A stretch of DNA of 64,000 nucleotides from Camelus ferus (lineage: Eukaryota): the NCBI RefSeq assembly GCF_009834535.1, contig NC_045728.1, positions 2,790,001 to 2,854,000 of the forward strand. Reading direction: 5' to 3'. Position numbers and translations under genes: made by a program. How positions within the stretch are numbered: the stretch's first letter is position 1; the number at the start of each line of letters is the position of its first letter. The notes below the pieces were generated by a model. The model did not search any database. It saw nothing but the letters and a program-made list of their open reading frames with translations, and was not told the DNA's origin. Positions 57,719 to 64,000 of the stretch are shown here, piece by piece.

Positions 57719-58339
57719 GTGAAGTGGTGGTAACGTGAATGTTTTTATTTGGGGCAAGGTGTGAAGGGGGGTGACATGACTTATTTATCAAATGGCTGGC
57801 CCGGTTTTCAGGAACAGGAGGCTGAGATGGGAAGCTGACCTTCTCCGAGACTCAGGCCACCCGTCTGCAGAGGTCAGAGTCCTGCTGCTCAGAACCAGGG
57901 ACACATCCGGGACTGTCTGCACCACCTGCTCCCAACCACCACCTCCCTGACAGCCACCCTTCCTCCCCAGAGGGGAAATCCAAGGCATCGACTTTCAAGA
58001 ATCAGCACTCCTCCTCCACTCCCGCCTCACAAGCCCTCCCAGCCTGTACGCCCACCACTGAAATCCAGATGTGAGTTATCCGCATATGGGATGGTTCAAA
58101 TCCCCTGGGCCCCTGAGTTCACACCTGGTAGTACCGTCCCGCCTACCCAGTTCCCACCTACTCCCTTCGCCCTGGATGACGTCATCTGCGGAGGGACCCG
58201 GGACCCACCTCCATCCCCAGGTGGCAGTGTCAGTTGCTCCGTCCCCGTGTTCTATGACAGTTCATTCACGTCTCCACGTAGAACTATGATGCCACATTCT
58301 CAACATTTGTTTCGATGTCTGTCTTGACCACATGGTCAG

Positions 58340-58520
58340 TGATTCATAACCTTTCCTGGATTATGAACTTCTTACAGAATTTGATGACGATGATGAAATT
58401 TCTCCCTAGGGAAAGAAAATGCGAGCAACTTAGCAGACAATACAAAATGTAGCACCCAGTTTCAGCATGTTTACAGACCCACCGGAAACTGTTCATGCAG
58501 CTCAGGTTAAGACTCTCTAC
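58340..58520. mobile_element. hAT-Charlie MITE (MER103-like)
   Basis: 'ttcataacctttcctggattatgaacttcttacagaatttgatga...cagtttcagcatgtttacagaccc...caggttaagactctct'. Confidence 0.55.
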
Positions 58521-59994
58521 CCTGACGGAGCGGAGGCCAGTATCCTAGTCACCCCTGTGTCTCTGGGCACCATACGACGGGTGGCACGCAGTAGGAGCTT
58601 AGCAAGTGCCTGGGGAACAGGTGCAGACTGCCTACACATGGTCGTGGACGCGGGTTTCACTGGGAGCTGCGGGCCTCCAGCACTGCTGCTGTAAGAGCCA
58701 GGAGCGGCACCTGGAACCCGCAGGGCAGAGCTGTTGCTGCCATCCTGAGCAGGTCCTGGGTCCACCTGTTACTCTCCTAACTGGGACGACAGGGGATGAG
58801 AAGGGTGTGAGTCCTGGCCCAGTGTGGCAGAGCTTTGTGGAACCAGACTGGCAACCCCGGAGCACACCCAAGCGCAGAGACCAGGACCACGGAAGCCCTG
58901 AGACTGACCCACGTCTCTGGGCCTCACTCTGTTCATGCTTGTTTTTAGAACCAGAAGAGCTGCTGTGTCCAAAAGGCCTGGATGTGAACATCTTACCCAG
59001 GATCAGACATCCAACAGCAAATCAGCTCCCACGGTCAGGCTCTCCTGACCCGAGGGCTCACAGGGCCTCGGCCCCACAAATACGACGCCATGATCCCTGG
59101 CACTGCTTCTCTTACAGCAGGAACACCTCTCAGTCCACAGCTGTAAAGGTTTCTGCTCGCAAAGACAAGAGCTCCTGCAGGAAAGGCTGTCCCAGCGCAT
59201 GTGAAGAACGAGGATTCGGAGTCAGAGCGCAGAAGTCTGAACGCCGGCGCTCGCTCGGCGTGCTTCGGGTGCTGGACCGTGAAACAAAAGCCACGTGATT
59301 CCTCCTCCTGAAGACTGAGAGGGACACGTGAGTCACCCACGCAGGCACAGGCCACAGAAGCACTCGTTAGGTGTTAGCCGCCACTGTTCCTGCAGGAGGG
59401 GCTGTGGGCTGGTGCTGTGGCTGCAGCAAGGAGCTCCGGGGTGTATGTGCGCAGAGGAAAGGCTTTGCATTTTATTTTCTTCTATTATTTTAGCTCGGAC
59501 ATCAGTTGAGCATAATTCCTCTGTTAGGGTCACGCTGTCCTCGAAAGATATGGAACCCACCTCTCGGACGAGCTCCCCATCAAAGAGCCCGTGTTCTCTC
59601 CCCACATGAAGCGCGCCAGCCCTCAAAGTCGGCCTCAAACCCTCAGTCCTGGAACCATCCCTGGCAGCTCCCGCCCACGCAGACGCGCCCCTGTCTTTTC
59701 ATCTCCTGACGCAGTTACTGCATGTAAATGCACCTTCTCTCGATGCGCATACACTTTTAGTACTATGATGCGTTTCATAGGTTAGCTTCTCAAAGACTCA
59801 AAGACGGGGCAGTCCTTCAGAGCAGAACGCAGCTCATTCCTGGGCCAGGGTTCCGCCGCACCTGCCTACCATGTACCTGCCTGCCATTTTCCCTGGGGCT
59901 CCCCCGGCTACTGGAAAGAGAGTCGGACCTTAAATCAAAGACCTGGTTTAAGTTCTTTCCCTTGCTGGTCTGGGGCTCCAGGCAAGACACACGT

Positions 59995-60432
59995 GTATGA
60001 TGACATTGTTAGCTGCCCGCCCCGATATCTGTTACCCACCTCATCCGTAATCATAAAACTCCTGTTTTTAGTTTATACGTGGCCACTTGGATCAAAGGCA
60101 GCATTTTCCTGCCCTCCCTGAAGCTAGGTGAGGCCACGAGGCCAAACTCTAGCTAATGAGACGAAAGGGGCGGGTGCGTGAGAGCTAGTCCTCTCTTGCC
60201 GACTTCTCCTTTCTGCCGCCTGGGACACACACGCGCCGGCTGGAGCCGTTTCCCACTGCCGCCATGGAGCCATCTGGATGAGGGCCACACCCAGGAACGG
60301 TGGAGCCTGGACACCCCACGCTTCTGGGCGCTGTCACACTGCGCCGGGACGGCCTACTTCCAAAAGTGATTTTCTGTTTTTCTGTACAATAGCTGTTATT
60401 GGGGGTTTTGTGTTACTTGCAGCCTGACTCTA
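59995..60432 (+). mobile_element. MLT1J/K-type MaLR solo LTR
   Basis: 'gctgcccgcccgatatctg...cattttcctgccctccctgaagctaggtgaggccacg...ctaatgagac' and end 'gttttgtgttacttgcagcctgactctaatcct'. Confidence 0.75.
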
Positions 60433-61948
60433 ATCCTCACTAAATGCTCTGAATCCTCGGCCTGTCACGACTACGATGCGGATAGTTCATGTCTACGTTA
60501 CACACAAAGGAAATATCAAAACCTGCACTCGTTGCTTCAGGAGAAGCTGGGTCGCCGGTACCGACAGAGGAAACGAAAGGAAGGAAAAGTGCAAGGGAAG
60601 TAGTAAGACACACAGGCCAGGGGTCTGTGCAGACGCCGGGCTGGCGTGCGGGGACGAGCGCACTGGGACAAGGGCTGAGCTGGGCCTTGGAGAGACCCCC
60701 GCCCGCCCCAACTCTGGCACCTTCAGACTCCAGCCAGAAGGAGCTGTCCCTCAGGGTAGCTCCTTGCACCCCGAGCGAGGACACAAAGACGAGCCGGAGG
60801 AAGTCCCACCTTCCTGACGGGAGGCCAGCGAGTCCAGGGTCAAAGGGGGCCAAGCCACGAAGAGAAGTGCCAACCCGGTGTCCTCTCCAGTGACCCTGAA
60901 AAAGTGAAGGGGAGGGAAGATCTCTCTGACATCAAAAAAGAGACCACCGGTCTCCCCAGCCTGAGGAAGGCGGGTTTCTCCTGTGTTTCTGTCTTCCTCA
61001 CCTCTTTTGGTCACTACTCCAGTACCTTGTTAGCCAGACCAGCAGCTCCCCAGGACCCTCCATCACTTCTCTCCTCCGTCACCAGAAAGTCCCTGCGGAA
61101 CCTCGGCCTGTTCCTCTCAGGTCCAGCCTGTCCTCCCGCTGCGGCTGATGGGCGGGCAGGCGGGGCCCCCTGATGCCGGGCACCAGGCCCTGGACACCAG
61201 GCCAGTCGGCCCCCTCCTCTCTCCCTCCACACGATAATCCACACACTCGCCTCCGGGCGCCCGAGCAAGTCCCTCACCCGCGCCAGCTTTCCTGGGATGT
61301 CGCCCGCCTGCCTCCTCCACACGCCGAGCTGACTCGCTCCATGTGTCTGCTTTACACGTTCCGTCTGACAGCGTTCCCGCCAGAGGGCACTCCAGAAGGC
61401 GGCGGGGGGGGGGGCGCCCCCCACCCCCAGTGACTTTCTTCTCAATAGGTTACTTGGTTGGTCAAAATGGTTTCAGCTAAAATGTGCTGACCCCAAGATA
61501 GATGCGTTGCTCACACACCCATCAGTTAATACCTACGGGGCTCACAAACAGGGAGGGTTTAAAATGCCCCCATTCTGCTGGGTATGTTGTGCTGTCATGG
61601 GATTTGAACCCAGCTTCTCGGCCTCGGAGCCCACAGTTTCCCATCTCCTTTCTCTGACTGTTCATCAGCCAGGAGCATGGAGGCTGAGGAGGCGGTGGGC
61701 CCAGGCCCGTGAGCCTCCCCGTCCCCAGGAGGTGCCCTCAGGCGCAGCTCATGCCCCCCGCTCCCTTTTACTCTCTCCTCTGCTGCAAGGAAACCCAGAC
61801 GGCTCCTGCCCTGGGCCTCTGGTGCTTCCAGGTCTTTGTCCGGGGAGCCCAGGCTGCTCTCTGCACCTCTGCACCAGGGAACATTTTGTTTTCAGAAATC
61901 AATGCAGCAGCCGATTTCTCATTCCTACCCTGGCAAAATCCTAAACAG

Positions 61949-62091
61949 GGACTTTAAAGCCATGTGTGTGTGTGTTTTTGAAGGAGCAGATCCTTTTATT
62001 TTTATTTCACTTTTTTTGGACTTTAAAGCCATTTGTGTGTGTTTTTTTGAAGGAGTAGATTCTTTTTTTTCTTTTTTTTTACTTTTTTTTT
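61949..62091 (+). repeat. Two-copy tandem duplication, period 69 bp
   Basis: 'ggactttaaagccat...tgtgtgtgttttt...gaaggag(c/t)agat...' at 61949 and 62018. Confidence 0.9.
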
Positions 62092-62207
62092 GGAGGGGGA
62101 GGTAATTAGGTTTATTGATTTATTTTTCTTGATGGAGGGACTGGGGATTGATCCCAGGACCTCATGCATGCTAGGCACGCACTCTACCACTGCACTGTGC
62201 CCTCCCC
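62060..62207 (-). mobile_element. Camelid tRNA-Ala-derived SINE (Vic-1 type), second copy
   Basis: Reverse strand reads 'ggggagggcacagtgcagtggtagagtgcgtgcctagcatgcatgaggtcctgggatcaatcccc', then 'aacctaattacctccccc' and an A-rich tail. Confidence 0.9.
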
Positions 62208-62224
62208 TGCCACCATAAGTCCTT

Positions 62225-62330
62225 TTATTTTTTTACAAGAGAGCGGAGGAATGGAGAGTTTAAGGAATTTGTCCAAGGACACACAGGCAATGAGCAGCAG
62301 ACCCCAGCATATACAGACCCACACGGAGCT
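62225..62330 (-). mobile_element. MIR fragment adjacent to the SINE
   Basis: 'gagagttaaggaatttgtccaaggacacacaggcaatgagcagcagacc'. Confidence 0.65.
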
Positions 62331-62989
62331 GTTACAATCACAGCGCAGCAGGAAACCCTGGCCCCTTGCTCCGCCTCCCCCGTCTTCCCCTTCTCCAGGC
62401 TCCTGCAGCCCCACAGAAGCCTGGGATTCCATGAAAACTGCTGAAAAATTGGTATGGAATTGAAAAATAATTAACTGGATTCCCTGAGCTAGTTCCCCCG
62501 ATACAGACACAAGATTTCTCTTCTCTCTGGGCCAAGCTCCTGCAGCAACAATTCTCTGCTGAAAGATGTGGAGGAACTGCTGAGCCTCCCACTGTCCGTG
62601 AGCTGCCAGGACCAGGGCAGGAACATCCTGGATGCGAGCAGCCTTCAGGCACCCCTGAATCTGGCACAGGGCAAGGGTGCCAGGGACTGGATCCCAGGAA
62701 GGGCGGGACTTATGTGGGGGCCCCGCCACCCCAGGGCAAAGAACAGCATCTGACTCTTGGTGCAGGCTCAAGAAACTTTAAGTGGGTGCAAAACGCTGTG
62801 TAGGAGCCTCTGAAAGGCCAAACCGTTCCCCTATCTCCCCCAAAACAAAAAGCCAGACTACGTTTTCTTCTCAACCCTTCAAGTGTTTGAATTTCCGTTT
62901 AACCATCTTTAAATTACCCAATGACCCATCCCTAGATTTCTCAAATCTTCTCTAAAATACGGAGCCCAGTCTAACCACACTTATCCTCT

Positions 62990-63075
62990 TAGGAAGCTGT
63001 TAATGAGCACCTACTGTGTACCAGACGCTGTGTTGCTAGGAAACAGAAATGATGGCCACACCGTTCCCGCAGGCT
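62990..63075 (-). mobile_element. L2 3' fragment
   Basis: 'ttaatgagcacctactgtgtaccagacgctgtgttgctagg'. Confidence 0.7.
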
Positions 63076-64000
63076 AGGACCCCAGGGAACTGAGCCCTGC
63101 AGTCAGACCAGCTGGAGAAACAGCTGCAGCAGGTCCCCCCGGCCCCCCAGGGCCTGGGGCTTGGACAGTCACCTCCTGGCAGTCTCTGCATGGTGTCTAG
63201 ATGCGGTGACTTTTAATGGCCCGGCCCCACGGAGGCTGCAGAGCAAGACTGAGGGTGTAAAGTCACAGCCTTACTTTGAGTTCTGGCTCCATCACCCGCT
63301 GCCTGCGTGTGTTTGACAAGTTCCATAAACTCTGTTCCTCGGCTTTCTCTGCAAAGTGTTGATGGTAAGAGGATTAAATTCAATCAGCTCGCAAAGGGCT
63401 GAGAACAGCTTCCGGCCAGAGTGAGTACCTGGAGAGGAGAGCCGGGGCCCTAGCGTCTCGGGCACCCCGAGGGGAACCGGCACGCGCTCCCCGCCACCGT
63501 CCCGCCACAGGCGGTGACGGCTGGGTGCCCCTTAGTCCACCGGGTCCCGGGTTCTCTCCCTCCATCGTGCCTAATCCGCAGAGGACACTGCCCATGACCC
63601 TGGCCTCCCAGGTCTGGCCAAGGGGACTTGCATTATTTGTGTCCATGTCTGTTTGGAGCAAAGCAGTTAGAAGCAGGGGGGTCGTCTGCAGGGCCCCGCT
63701 TTCTGGTTGTTTTGAGATCCATTATGGGGGGACGGGGCATACAAACCCCAAATACGTTCTATGGCCGTGAGGCTCAACAAAATGCTCCTTGACACCCTGC
63801 TTCCAGAACCTCCCTCCTCAGATAATTCCTTCCTGACCACAGGCTCTGTTACGTGGGAGCCACCAAACGCCTCTTGAAATTCCACGTTAACAGTAGTTTG
63901 TTTGACACTGGAAAGCCTTCAGCTGAACAATATGATATATAACGACATTGTGGATTTACAGCGTGGCTTCCTCTGGTTTTAGTCTTCCTCAAGTGTGACT

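Noticed and set aside
1-64000. CRISPR array, operon, rRNA, snoRNA or pre-miRNA
   Set aside because: There is no regularly spaced repeat-spacer array, no recognisable structured RNA gene and no hairpin long enough for a pre-miRNA. The MER53 copy has lost its left arm.
1-64000. Assigning the window to a named human orthologous locus or host gene
   Set aside because: No recognisable exon anchors it. A BLAT of 8400-8600 or 50310-50410 would be needed.

Overview
This is mammalian non-coding DNA, most likely from a camelid (camel, llama or alpaca). Two tRNA-Ala(AGC)-derived SINEs with the camelid Vic-1-type 'ggggaggtaattaggttt' tail segment and young cetartiodactyl-type L1 3' ends support that assignment. 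It is GC- and CpG-rich. I recognise no protein-coding gene, RNA gene or CRISPR array, and the ORF track is mostly GC-rich noise plus retroelement fossils. The window reads as a large intron or gene desert containing MIR, L2, L1 (old and young), a near full-length HAL1, MLT1 and ERV1-type solo LTRs, hAT MITEs and a CR1/L3 relic. Short AT-rich islands dense in homeodomain, POU, FOX and SRF motifs look like developmental enhancers. The most unusual spot is 39.9-44.0 kb: an inverted pair of MER41-like LTRs brackets candidate exons, including two convergent micro-exons whose consensus 5' splice sites form one perfect 10-bp hairpin. Other notable items are a solo LTR with an intact TATA box next to a CpG patch, a twin-primed inverted L1, a CAT microsatellite born inside HAL1 ORF1, a 16:3 GC skew between two HAL1 copies, an octamer cluster and a tandem E-box. 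At least three, possibly all five, N-runs cover the same L1 segment. Repeat family names come from my recollection of consensus sequences, not a database search. Boundaries are approximate unless a TSD or terminus is quoted. I found no convincing novel gene system; the candidates below are hypotheses.
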